Part shown: one piece after another, positions 38,442 to 47,671 of the stretch
Layout: each line of letters begins with the position of its first letter
How positions within the stretch are numbered: position 1 is the stretch's first letter
From: an uncultured candidate division Zixibacteria bacterium
Lineage (GTDB): Bacteria; Zixibacteria; MSB-5A5; GN15; FEB-12
Length of the DNA stretch: 64,000 bases
Assembly: GCA_963664195.1 (NCBI GenBank)
Contig: OY760907.1
Coordinates: forward strand, 2,848,001 to 2,912,000
Direction of reading: 5' to 3'
Translations under genes and position numbers: made by a program
The notes under the pieces: generated by a model
Told to the model about the DNA's origin: nothing
The model's input: the letters and a program-made list of their open reading frames with translations, nothing else
Databases searched by the model: none

Positions 38442-38588
38442 ATTATTATGCTATGGTACTTTTGAGAGTAATCGAACATCTCGATCTGGAATTCCATCGT
38501 CGACGCGTCAAAGACGCCACCTAATCTGTATCTCTTCTATTGTATCCGGGGGTAGAACCATAACGCGAACCGTTGACCAGGAGAGATT

Positions 38589-39992
38589 GTGTCTAAGAAA
38601 CGTCAACCTGCCGAGCCGTACCGCATTAAGTCGGTGGAGCCGATAACGCTGCTGAGCCGTCCAGAACGCAAGGCGAAGCTGGAAGCGGCCAGCTACAATA
38701 TATTCAAGATCGATGCGGCTGATATCTACATCGATTTGCTGACCGATTCCGGCACCTCGGCGATGTCCAATCGCCAGTGGGGCGCGCTGATGTTGGGGGA
38801 TGAGTCCTATGCCGGGGCAAGGTCGTTCCGTCGATTTGAGAAGAGCGTCCAGAGCATTTTCGGCAAAAAATACGTGGTGCCGTGTCATCAGGGGAGAGTG
38901 GCCGAGAATCTGATGTTCAGCACTATTCTCAAGAAGGGGCAATTCGTTCCCAACAACACGCACTTTGATACGACCCGGGGCAACTGCCTGCACAAGGGAG
39001 GTATCCCTGTCGACCTGCCGTGCAAGGAGAGTGAGTCGATAGAGCCGCTGCCGTTCAAGGGCAATATGGATACTAAACGGCTGGAGGATTTCATCAAGGA
39101 AAACGGCCCGGATAGCATTGCGATGGTCATTATGACGGTCACCAACAACTCCGCAGGCGGACAGGCGGTGTCGATGTCCAACATTCGCGAGGTTTCCAGA
39201 ATCTGCAAGAGCCACGGACTGCTGTTTTACTATGACTGCGCCCGATTTGCCGAGAACTGCTATTTCATCAAGCGGGATGAGGCCGGTTACGGCGGCAAAT
39301 CGATCAAGGAAATCGCCAACGAGATGTTCTCCTATTGCGACGGCGCGATGATGTCGGCCAAGAAAGACGGCCTGGCGAACATGGGCGGGTTCATTACGCT
39401 CGACGACGAGCATCTGTATCGAAAGATCACGGAACTAATGATTCTAATAGAGGGCTTCCCGACATACGGCGGTCTGGCCGGACGGGACATGGAAGTGCTC
39501 GCGGTCGGACTTCAGGAAGTTTTGGAGTTTGACTATCTCGACTTCCGGATGGAACAGGTGGCGTATCTTGGTGCCCGGATGATTGAGGCCGGCATGCCGA
39601 TTGTCGAACCGACCGGCGGTCACGCGGTTTTTGTCGATGCCGGACGGCTTTTGCCTCACATTCATCCGGATCAGTTTCCCGGGCAGTCGCTGACGGCGGA
39701 ATTCTATCTTGAGGGTGGGATTCGTACGGTGGAAATCGGCAGCCTGATGTTTGGCAGTGTGGATCCCGATACGGGGGAGAAACATTACGCCGCGAAAGAA
39801 CTGGTTCGCATGGCTATCCCGAGACGAGTCTACACGAACTCGCATCTCGATTACATAGCCGATGTCGCCGCGAGGATTGTCGGTCGAAAGGCAGAACTGG
39901 CCGGATACGAAATCACCCGACAGTCTGAATTCCTCAGACACTTCACCTGTGATATGGCTGTCTGCAAACCCGAGACTGTTGAGACGAAATGA
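38589..39992 (+). CDS. tnaA: Tryptophanase (beta-eliminating lyase)
   Basis: IDLLTDSGT, GDESYAG, HQGR, HFDTT. MSAKKD and LRHFT favour tryptophanase over tyrosine phenol-lyase (SGKKD/LRFFT). Confidence 0.88.
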   Translation: MSKKRQPAEPYRIKSVEPITLLSRPERKAKLEAASYNIFKIDAADIYIDLLTDSGTSAMSNRQWGALMLGDESYAGARSFRRFEKSVQSIFGKKYVVPCHQGRVAENLMFSTILKKGQFVPNNTHFDTTRGNCLHKGGIPVDLPCKESESIEPLPFKGNMDTKRLEDFIKENGPDSIAMVIMTVTNNSAGGQAVSMSNIREVSRICKSHGLLFYYDCARFAENCYFIKRDEAGYGGKSIKEIANEMFSYCDGAMMSAKKDGLANMGGFITLDDEHLYRKITELMILIEGFPTYGGLAGRDMEVLAVGLQEVLEFDYLDFRMEQVAYLGARMIEAGMPIVEPTGGHAVFVDAGRLLPHIHPDQFPGQSLTAEFYLEGGIRTVEIGSLMFGSVDPDTGEKHYAAKELVRMAIPRRVYTNSHLDYIADVAARIVGRKAELAGYEITRQSEFLRHFTCDMAVCKPETVETK

Positions 39993-40588
39993 AAACGAAG
40001 CTGTTGATGCGCGGGGGCTGGATGTTGATAGTGGCGTGCCTGGGGATTTGCGGATGCAGTGCGATCAATATCGAAACCGGGCCGCCCTCCAATGAAGAGG
40101 CGGCCCGGTCCTCCGAAGCTCAGGCGAAGGGACTTCGAAGTGATTTCAGCAATCGATTAGAGAGCGCTTCCCCCCAGCAGAAGGCGTGGATGGTGAAGGC
40201 GTTCGTCGATTCTGCTACGGCCAGGTACTACCGGGTTGGATTTTTGATAGCCGATCACTGGGACGAAGGCAACGAGGGACGGGGTGAGGACATTCCTGCC
40301 AGCGAGATGCAGCGGGTTGTTGAGAATTCGTTTTCGAAGGACCTACCGCTGTTCGAGTCCTATGACGATATTGTGGACTATGGTCTGAATGAGGTTCGTG
40401 AGACAAGATTCTTCGATGACGACACTGAACGGCTTCTGACAGAACTTGGCGAAGACTATTACGCTGCATACAACTACGCGTTCTATCCGACCGGGAATGC
40501 GAGAGACTATCGCGACGGATTGTACCGGAGGCAGACTGACACGGAAGAGCTGAGTCGTAAAGTGTCGGAGGACTTGCGCCGATACTGA
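39989..40588 (+). CDS. Hypothetical helical lipoprotein
   Basis: Lipobox-like ICGC; ATGA overlap with tnaA. Confidence 0.65.
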   Translation: MKTKLLMRGGWMLIVACLGICGCSAINIETGPPSNEEAARSSEAQAKGLRSDFSNRLESASPQQKAWMVKAFVDSATARYYRVGFLIADHWDEGNEGRGEDIPASEMQRVVENSFSKDLPLFESYDDIVDYGLNEVRETRFFDDDTERLLTELGEDYYAAYNYAFYPTGNARDYRDGLYRRQTDTEELSRKVSEDLRRY

Positions 40589-40753
40589 TTCTATTGGCGC
40601 AGGGGTGATACTGTGCAGCCTCTTGCATATTGCACATCGGTAGCTGGCAGCGGTGTGATTGAGGTGCATTGGCTCTATGCTGGCGTTATCTTATTGCAGG
40701 ATAAACAATTGCAAGACAGTCTGGCCTTGTTGGATCGGACCCGGATCCAGTTT

Positions 40754-40768
40754 TGGCCGGATTATTGC
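40754..40768 (+). promoter_or_regulatory. Possible sigma54 promoter
   Basis: TGGCCGGATTATTGC, with GG-N10-GC spacing. Confidence 0.3.
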
Positions 40769-40798
40769 TTTTCGGAGTAGTTGCGGGGAAGTGGTCGA

Positions 40799-40827
40799 TT
40801 GACAAACAGTAGGGAACTTTATATATT
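40799..40827 (+). promoter_or_regulatory. sigma70-type promoter for the porU operon
   Basis: TTGACA-N17-TATATT. Confidence 0.65.
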
Positions 40828-40851
40828 CCACAGGTTTATACTGACGGAAAG

Positions 40852-40958
40852 GAGTTCAATTTAGAGTACTACGGTAACGTTGTTTTTGTTTGACTGAAAA
40901 ACGCATTGTGAAAGGTAACTGCTCAGGCAGCCCCTTTACCGTAGCTGTAAATTGACTC
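40852..40958 (+). ncRNA. Candidate structured leader RNA upstream of porU
   Basis: About 22 bp of interrupted closing stem (GAG/CTC, TCAATTTA/TAAATTGA, AG/CT, CTACGGTAA/TTACCGTAG) enclosing two small hairpins. Confidence 0.45.
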
Positions 40959-40983
40959 GGTTCTGGGCTGGGCTTGTCCCGGT

Positions 40984-43900
40984 ATGAACGTACGTTGGTG
41001 TGAACTTCTTTTTGTGTCTGTGCTGCTCGCTATTCTGGCGATGCCGGCCGTGTCATTTTCCGACAGTCTGACAACCATTGTGTCATCGGAGACGGAATTC
41101 CGTTTTGTCTGCGAGTTTGACGCTGTTGGCTCACTGACAAAAGTTGTCGATCAGGATTCAACTACAACATATGTCCACACTGTACAGGTCGCAGTGCCGG
41201 TTGGCGCGGAAGCCAGCCTTCTGGCCTCCGCGGGCAGGAGACTCCGGCCTGTTTCTTCTCCGGCAGATAAAGCGGATGTTTCGCTTCCCCTGGCCAGAAT
41301 CTCGAGACCCAAAGCAGTCCGCGGTCGGACTCTTGTCTCGGTACAGATCAGCCCGCTGAAGAGTGATGGTTCCGGCGGTGTCGTGATGTTTGGTGAAGTA
41401 GAGATTCAACTGGCCTTCAACGGGTCGCGTGCCACGGTGCAGACAGAGGCTGCAGAAGATCCGGGGTTTGACCGTGTGTTTGCCTCGGCTGTCGCGAATT
41501 ACGACGTTGCCCGTGGCTGGCCGGTGTTGAAGCGAAATGTGGTGTCTCTGCAAATGCCGTCCTCCGAAGAATCTATCGAGAATCTGACCAGCGCAACGCA
41601 GTGGTACAAGGTTCTGGTGTTTCAGTCCGGGCTGTACCGCCTGACGGGCGCCGATCTGGAAGCCGCCGGTATTTCGCTGAGCGGGTTGGCTTCCGACTCG
41701 ATACGCCTATTCAACGCCGGTGGTCTTGAAAACTCGATTTTGAATAGCGATCCTCGTCCCGTTTTCGAGGAAGTCTCCCTGATGGTGCTTGATGGGGGTG
41801 ACGGTTCTTTTGGCGCTTCCGATCTGGTCGTGTTCTATGGTGAATCGGTCAATCGTTGGCGCTACCGGCCCGGCTATCCGGATATCTACGTAAACAATCA
41901 TTTCAATAACTATAATGTTTATTGGCTGGCGGTGTCTGGTGATTTCGAGGGTGCAGCGCATCGGATGACGCAGGTCGATGCTTCTCTGTCCGGCCCGGTG
42001 GATACCGTTATCGCGAGTTGCAAGCAAATGGTGCACATTGAGCAGGATCAATTGCTTGGCATGAACTTGCAGGAGCATTTTTCAAACTACTACAACTGGT
42101 ACTGGTCAGACACTACCGACAACACGCTGTACGTCAGCACCCCCGGGGCTATATCGGGTGACTCGGCGACGGTCCTTGTACGGGGGCAGTCAGGATCGGC
42201 CTACGGATTTTACGAAGTCGCAGTCAACGGCGTGCAGGCAGAAAACAGTGTATTCTGCAATCGTTACAGTTGCACATTCGCGACACGCGCGCTTCTGGGA
42301 GATGCTGGTACGCTGAACCGGTTGGACGTAACATTGTGGCCGTCGAGCAGCAAGATACCGCCGTATTTTGATCTCGCGGAGGTGTACTACCAGGGGAACC
42401 TGTTGCCGCAGAACAATCGCCTAGATTTCAAACTCGGTGATCATGATCTGTGGGCAGAGATTCAGGTGATCGACAGTTACTCGGGTACACCGACGTTTTT
42501 TGATCTAAGAGATCCTGCCGACCCGGTGATCCTTGCCGGTTTTTCGCGAACGGGAGGGCAGATATTGTTCAGGGATTCGTTGACGTCCGTTGGTCCGAAT
42601 CACTATTTCGGAGCACTGATAGCAGGTGCGTCTGCACCGGTATCGATTACCGCTGTCGAAGTCACCGATGTTCGCTCGTCTCTTGCGCAGGCGGATATGA
42701 TAATCGTGACTCCTCGGAGTTTTGTCCCTTATCTCGACGAATACCGGCAGTACCGGGCAGATAGGGGTGTCTCAAGCATTGTCACTTCAGTTGAAGATAT
42801 AATGGACAATTTCTCGTACGGATTGTACGACCCGACTGCCATTCGTGACTATCTCAAATACATGTACGAAAACGCGCCGTCGCCGGCACCATCGGCGGTA
42901 TTGTTTGTCGGCGATGCCAGCTACGACTTTCTGGATCATCTTGGCACCGGAATGCCAAACTATGTTCCAGCGTACATCATGGGCGCACATGATGTTTATG
43001 GAGATGACAATTACGTGTATTTCGGTGCTTTCCGGGTTTTCGACGGCGACACGAGTTATGTCGACGGAGACCGCGGCTACGATATGATGACGGCTCGCTG
43101 GCCGGTTCGTTCGCGGGATGAGATCGACGTTATTGTCAACAAGATCAAAGAGTACGAATCAGCGGACGCGCTGGGCGAGTGGCGGACACGTATCACTCTC
43201 GTGGCCGATGACGAGTTCGGAGAGACTTCTGAGAACGAAGTCTTCCACACTACTCAGACTGAGGAACTCAATACCGAATGCATTCCGGCTGAGTATTTGC
43301 GGGACAAGATTTATCTGTGGGAGTATCCGCTCGTTAATGGTGACAAGCCTGCCGTGAATCGAGCGATAGTGAAGTCCTTTGATGATGGGTCACTGATTGT
43401 GAACTATGTCGGCCATGGAAATCCCGATGTTTGGGCCCATGAACACGTGCTCCAGCGCGCTAGTGACCTTCCGCAGATGACCAACTACGACAGGCTTCCT
43501 TTGGTGTTCGCAGCCTCCTGTGCCATCGGGTTTTTTGATGATCCCCGTCGCGAGGGGATGGCCGAGGACTTTCTGGTGCTGCCCTCGGGTGGGGCCATTG
43601 GCGTGATTGCCGCCACGCGATTGGTGTATTCGAATCCGAACGCCGATTTCAATCGTGAAGTGTTCAATGTTCTTATGGAACACAACGGTTTGTCGATTGA
43701 CGAGGCGATGTTCGCCGCCAAGCTTCGTCGCCAGTATGTCGCGCCTATTGATCCGGACTCAGCCGTGATTCATCCGATCACTAACGATCTCAACTACGTG
43801 TTCTTCGGCGATCCCTGGCTAAAACTTGCCACACCGGAATACGCAATGGAATTGTCGGTGCGTCCGGACTCACTGGTTGCTCTCGGACGTAGCCGGGTGG

Positions 43901-44886
43901 CCGGAAGAATAGTCGACGGATCGGGGCAGACGGTGATGCAGGACGGCACGCTTCGAGTTGCCGTATACGATTCCGAACGTGATCGTACTTACCGTCCGCA
44001 GTACAGTGAGCCGATTACCTACCAGGTCGGTGGTCCGCGTATCTTTCGGGGACCGGCCTCGATCACCGATGGTGAGTTCGACTTTGAGTTTGTTGTGCCG
44101 CTGGATGTGAGCTACGGCCGTCCGGGGGCGAGAGTGTCTCTTTACGCCGTATTGGGTGACAGTGACGGTCTGGGCGTGGTGGACAGTATTGATGTCAGCG
44201 AGACGCTGGTAGAGATCGTGGATTCCACCGGGCCGGCGATAGCATTCGGTATTGCCGGACGGCCCGGATTCATCAGCGGCGACGTAGTCAGCCCGGATGA
44301 ACAGCTTGTTGTGACGATTTCGGATTCGTCCGGGATTAACCTTGCCGGAGGCATAGGTCACGGTATCGTGCTCGTTGTGGATGGCGCGGTTGACGAGGCT
44401 CTGGATCTCACGCACCTGTTTGAGTACGGGCTTGATGACTTCACCAGCGGCAGTCTGGCGTACCGGTTGGATTCGTTGGCTCCGGGTGAGCACGGGCTGA
44501 AAATCAAGGCGTGGGACAACGCCAACAACGTGTCGATAGTGGAGTTTAGAGCGGAGATGGTCGCGGAAGGTGTGCTGGCTATCAACGAACTGCTGAACTA
44601 CCCGAACCCGATGGGCGAATCAACGACCTTCTTTTTTGAGTTGACGGGGACCACTGAAAGAGTTGACATTGAGATATTCACACTCTCAGGCAAGAACATC
44701 TGGGGAACTACGGGATACAGCCTTCGGGCTGACCGCTACCCGAACGATGCTTTCAGCCCGGTCTGGGACGGCCGCGATGCCGACGGTGACCGGGTGGCTA
44801 CGGGAGTGTACATATACAAGGCAACTGCCGTTCCACGGAGCGGCGATGCTGTTGAACAATTTGGGAAAATAGTAGTACTTAACTAA
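40984..44886 (+). CDS. porU: Type IX secretion sortase PorU (C25 gingipain-like peptidase)
   Basis: WYKV..SGLYRL, LVVFYG, LFVGDASYD, VNYVGHG (His), AASCAIG (Cys), LKIKAWDNANN, NYPNP C-terminal domain. Confidence 0.9.
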   Translation: MNVRWCELLFVSVLLAILAMPAVSFSDSLTTIVSSETEFRFVCEFDAVGSLTKVVDQDSTTTYVHTVQVAVPVGAEASLLASAGRRLRPVSSPADKADVSLPLARISRPKAVRGRTLVSVQISPLKSDGSGGVVMFGEVEIQLAFNGSRATVQTEAAEDPGFDRVFASAVANYDVARGWPVLKRNVVSLQMPSSEESIENLTSATQWYKVLVFQSGLYRLTGADLEAAGISLSGLASDSIRLFNAGGLENSILNSDPRPVFEEVSLMVLDGGDGSFGASDLVVFYGESVNRWRYRPGYPDIYVNNHFNNYNVYWLAVSGDFEGAAHRMTQVDASLSGPVDTVIASCKQMVHIEQDQLLGMNLQEHFSNYYNWYWSDTTDNTLYVSTPGAISGDSATVLVRGQSGSAYGFYEVAVNGVQAENSVFCNRYSCTFATRALLGDAGTLNRLDVTLWPSSSKIPPYFDLAEVYYQGNLLPQNNRLDFKLGDHDLWAEIQVIDSYSGTPTFFDLRDPADPVILAGFSRTGGQILFRDSLTSVGPNHYFGALIAGASAPVSITAVEVTDVRSSLAQADMIIVTPRSFVPYLDEYRQYRADRGVSSIVTSVEDIMDNFSYGLYDPTAIRDYLKYMYENAPSPAPSAVLFVGDASYDFLDHLGTGMPNYVPAYIMGAHDVYGDDNYVYFGAFRVFDGDTSYVDGDRGYDMMTARWPVRSRDEIDVIVNKIKEYESADALGEWRTRITLVADDEFGETSENEVFHTTQTEELNTECIPAEYLRDKIYLWEYPLVNGDKPAVNRAIVKSFDDGSLIVNYVGHGNPDVWAHEHVLQRASDLPQMTNYDRLPLVFAASCAIGFFDDPRREGMAEDFLVLPSGGAIGVIAATRLVYSNPNADFNREVFNVLMEHNGLSIDEAMFAAKLRRQYVAPIDPDSAVIHPITNDLNYVFFGDPWLKLATPEYAMELSVRPDSLVALGRSRVAGRIVDGSGQTVMQDGTLRVAVYDSERDRTYRPQYSEPITYQVGGPRIFRGPASITDGEFDFEFVVPLDVSYGRPGARVSLYAVLGDSDGLGVVDSIDVSETLVEIVDSTGPAIAFGIAGRPGFISGDVVSPDEQLVVTISDSSGINLAGGIGHGIVLVVDGAVDEALDLTHLFEYGLDDFTSGSLAYRLDSLAPGEHGLKIKAWDNANNVSIVEFRAEMVAEGVLAINELLNYPNPMGESTTFFFELTGTTERVDIEIFTLSGKNIWGTTGYSLRADRYPNDAFSPVWDGRDADGDRVATGVYIYKATAVPRSGDAVEQFGKIVVLN

Positions 44887-44908
44887 TCATATTTGGAGAC
44901 TGTTCCGT

Positions 44909-47671
44909 ATGAACGCACGCAAGCTAGTTCTTTCAACGGTGACAATACTTTTGACGCTCTGCCTGGCTGCAGACAGTTTCGCGGATATCTCGAACGCCGC
45001 GGTACTGTTTCTCCGCATCGCTCCCGGCTCTCGTGCCGCGGCTATGGGGGATACGCATGTCGCCTTTGCCGAGGACGCAACCGCCACTCACTGGAATCCG
45101 GCCGGTCTGGGGACGAGCCCCCTGTCGGAATCCTGGGATGAAACCTCGGTCCCTGCCAAGTTTCGGCCGCTGACGGCTATCGCGCCGCTGAGCACCGGAG
45201 GCGGGAGCTTCACTGACTACGACGTTTGGGCAATTAGCAGCCAGGGACTGGTGCGATTCGATGGCCGTAGATGGTCCACGGAGGAGATCTTCGGAACCAA
45301 AACTGACGACACCGTGGACGATATTGTCCGTCAGTACTGTCGGGTGTTCAACGAGGAACGTCTGGCTCAGATAGTCAGACGGGTTGTCGAGGCCAACAGC
45401 GAACTCACGTTTGACCAACTGGATACGCTTGGTCATCGCATTCTGGCTGCAGTGCCGGAGAGTGCGGCTGACCGCGCGCGGATTGAGGCCGACCTGGACT
45501 CCATGATGTTGGGATACGATCAGGCCCGTATTAACTGGAGCAAGGTCAAAGAAGCCGAGAGCAGATTCCTTGAGGGGCTGGAGGACAGTGTGCTCACCGA
45601 GGAAGAGATCACCCGGATCAGTGTTGCTCTGGAGCGATCGAACAATCGTTTCATTCCGGAAGATCTGCGCATTCCGTATTCAGTCTTTTTTGACGGAGTG
45701 CCGGTCGATCTGACTTCCGGAGATGACGAGCTCATGGTTGCCTTTGAGGGGGGACTGGCTCAGTTCGACGGAAAACGCTGGCAGGTGCTGGGAGCGGACG
45801 AGGGGCTTCTCTCGCCGAATATAAGCTGCCTGTATACGTTGGGTAGTCAGATTCTGGTCGGCACTGATGCCGGCATCTCGGTTTACAACAGTGTGTCTAT
45901 TGAACCTCTGGCAGCTGAGGGCAACAGGTTACCGGCCGGAGAGGTTGAGGCCATCGGTGGATCGTTCCTGACAGACCTTTATGCCGTCGTCAATCACGAG
46001 CTGTACCATTTCAACGGCAACACATGGTCGAACACAACGACTTACACGGCCGTTCTCGATGACACGATTGAGAAGATAGCCGGGAAGTTCTCGATGTTCA
46101 ACTCGCCGGTTGAGAAGGCGAAGTTCATGGAGAAGTACCGTGAGGTGGGTGTTGCGATGCCTGCTTCTGTGATGAGAGTGCCCGTGGAGATGACGGACTC
46201 TGCGGCAATCGAGGAACCTGCACTTGCAGGTGACGAGGCTGTTGAGGAAATCGCTGGAGAGGAAGTTACTTCGGACGATGCGGGAGAGGTCGGCGAGGTT
46301 GCTGAAGAAACGGTGGAACTTGCCGCCGGCGTCCCTGGTATCGATCGAGAGATTGTCCCTGGCGACGTTCTCGTAGTGCCCCTCTCGATTGAGATCAAGG
46401 GCGAGGTTGAGTCGATTCATATCGATCATAACAAAGATATCTGGCTCGGTACGGAGTACGGCGTTCTGCGCCTCACTCCCAACGGTTGGGAAGCTCCGGG
46501 TTACACGGATCACGTGGTTATGGAAGGCGAAACTCTCGAGACTATCGCAACTCTACGGACATCGGACGAAGACGTCGATTCCGTTTCCTACCTCGGACAG
46601 CTTGAAGCGATCAACGACATCGGCGAGGCTCGTTCGCTCGAGGTTGGTGACACTGTTCGGGTGTTCTCCAACCCGACTGCCAACCGCGTGCATTCCATCG
46701 GCAGCGATGGCAGCATTTCGTACTTCGCCACTGCGGGAGGATTACTTGAGTTCGACGGCGAAAAATGGAGACGCTCCGATCTTCACGGTTTTTCACGGTC
46801 AGATGTAATCAGTGTAACGAAGCGCAACGAGGAAACCTGGGTTGGTGGCGCGGCCAAGCTGATGACGAAAGTCCCGGGGCACGCCAGCATCACTTTCACT
46901 CAGGCCAAGTGGTTGCCTGAACTGGCTGATGACCTGTATTACGGTTTCTTCGGTGCTACGGCACCGGTGAAGGGCTGGGGTACTTTTGGCGGTAACGTCA
47001 CGTTCATCTCCTACGGTGAGTTCCAGCGCACAGGTGAGACAAGCCCGGACGTGATTGACACGTTTGATTCGTTTGATATTGCTTTTACGGCTTCTTACGG
47101 TACCTCGCTGACCAGTCGTCTCAAGGGTGGTGTATCGGCGAAGGTGATATACTCCAAGCTGGCTGCCGTGGGGGCCGGCGTGGAACGGGGAGAGGGTACT
47201 TCGACCGGTTTCGCAGTTGATCTTGGTCTGATGTACTTGCTCTCGTCGCGTTGGACGCTTGGTATGGCGATCACAAACATTGGTCCCGAGATGGCGTATA
47301 TTGACGCGGAACAGTCGGACGCTCTGCCGCGCAACCTGGGTATCGGGTTTGCCTGCAAGGTTCTGCAGTCCGATTACAACCGGCTGTTGGTTTCTGTGGA
47401 GATAAACAAACTGTTAGTGGGGCTCAATGACGGTTTTTCTGAAGAGATTAAGGAATTGGTTATCAACGGTGGTGCCGAGTTCACCTATGCAAACTTGATT
47501 TCTGCCCGAGTTGGATACATCTACGATCAGGAAGGTTCCATCAAGACGCCGACGATCGGATTCGGTCTGGCGCCGATGCATTGGGTGGAAGCAGACTTTT
47601 CTTACGTTCCCAGCAGCGACGACGTTTCATTGGCAAACACCCTGAGATTCTCACTGGGTCTGAAGCTGTAG
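44909..47671 (+). CDS. PorV/PorQ-family outer-membrane barrel with a large LysM/propeller insertion
   Basis: FLRIAPGSRAAAMGD..WNPAGLG at the N-terminus. Barrel resumes at ASITFTQAKWLPELADDLYY..AVDLG..NIGP..NTLRFSL. Confidence 0.82.
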   Translation: MNARKLVLSTVTILLTLCLAADSFADISNAAVLFLRIAPGSRAAAMGDTHVAFAEDATATHWNPAGLGTSPLSESWDETSVPAKFRPLTAIAPLSTGGGSFTDYDVWAISSQGLVRFDGRRWSTEEIFGTKTDDTVDDIVRQYCRVFNEERLAQIVRRVVEANSELTFDQLDTLGHRILAAVPESAADRARIEADLDSMMLGYDQARINWSKVKEAESRFLEGLEDSVLTEEEITRISVALERSNNRFIPEDLRIPYSVFFDGVPVDLTSGDDELMVAFEGGLAQFDGKRWQVLGADEGLLSPNISCLYTLGSQILVGTDAGISVYNSVSIEPLAAEGNRLPAGEVEAIGGSFLTDLYAVVNHELYHFNGNTWSNTTTYTAVLDDTIEKIAGKFSMFNSPVEKAKFMEKYREVGVAMPASVMRVPVEMTDSAAIEEPALAGDEAVEEIAGEEVTSDDAGEVGEVAEETVELAAGVPGIDREIVPGDVLVVPLSIEIKGEVESIHIDHNKDIWLGTEYGVLRLTPNGWEAPGYTDHVVMEGETLETIATLRTSDEDVDSVSYLGQLEAINDIGEARSLEVGDTVRVFSNPTANRVHSIGSDGSISYFATAGGLLEFDGEKWRRSDLHGFSRSDVISVTKRNEETWVGGAAKLMTKVPGHASITFTQAKWLPELADDLYYGFFGATAPVKGWGTFGGNVTFISYGEFQRTGETSPDVIDTFDSFDIAFTASYGTSLTSRLKGGVSAKVIYSKLAAVGAGVERGEGTSTGFAVDLGLMYLLSSRWTLGMAITNIGPEMAYIDAEQSDALPRNLGIGFACKVLQSDYNRLLVSVEINKLLVGLNDGFSEEIKELVINGGAEFTYANLISARVGYIYDQEGSIKTPTIGFGLAPMHWVEADFSYVPSSDDVSLANTLRFSLGLKL

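Noticed and set aside
38453..38560. TnaC-type leader peptide before tnaA
   Set aside because: The ATG-led ORF (MVLLRVIEHLDLEFHRRRVKDAT) has no Trp, and the Trp-containing frame has no start and the wrong W-D-P spacing.
38508..39413. Long antisense ORFs (also 25057-25863, 60705-61541) and the alternate-frame ORF 29768-30496 inside sdhA
   Set aside because: Shadow frames of well-conserved genes in GC-rich DNA with no recognisable motifs.
40900..40935. Glycine riboswitch (CTCAGG motif) in the porU leader
   Set aside because: The GGAGA and CCGAAG elements are missing; kept only as an unknown structure.
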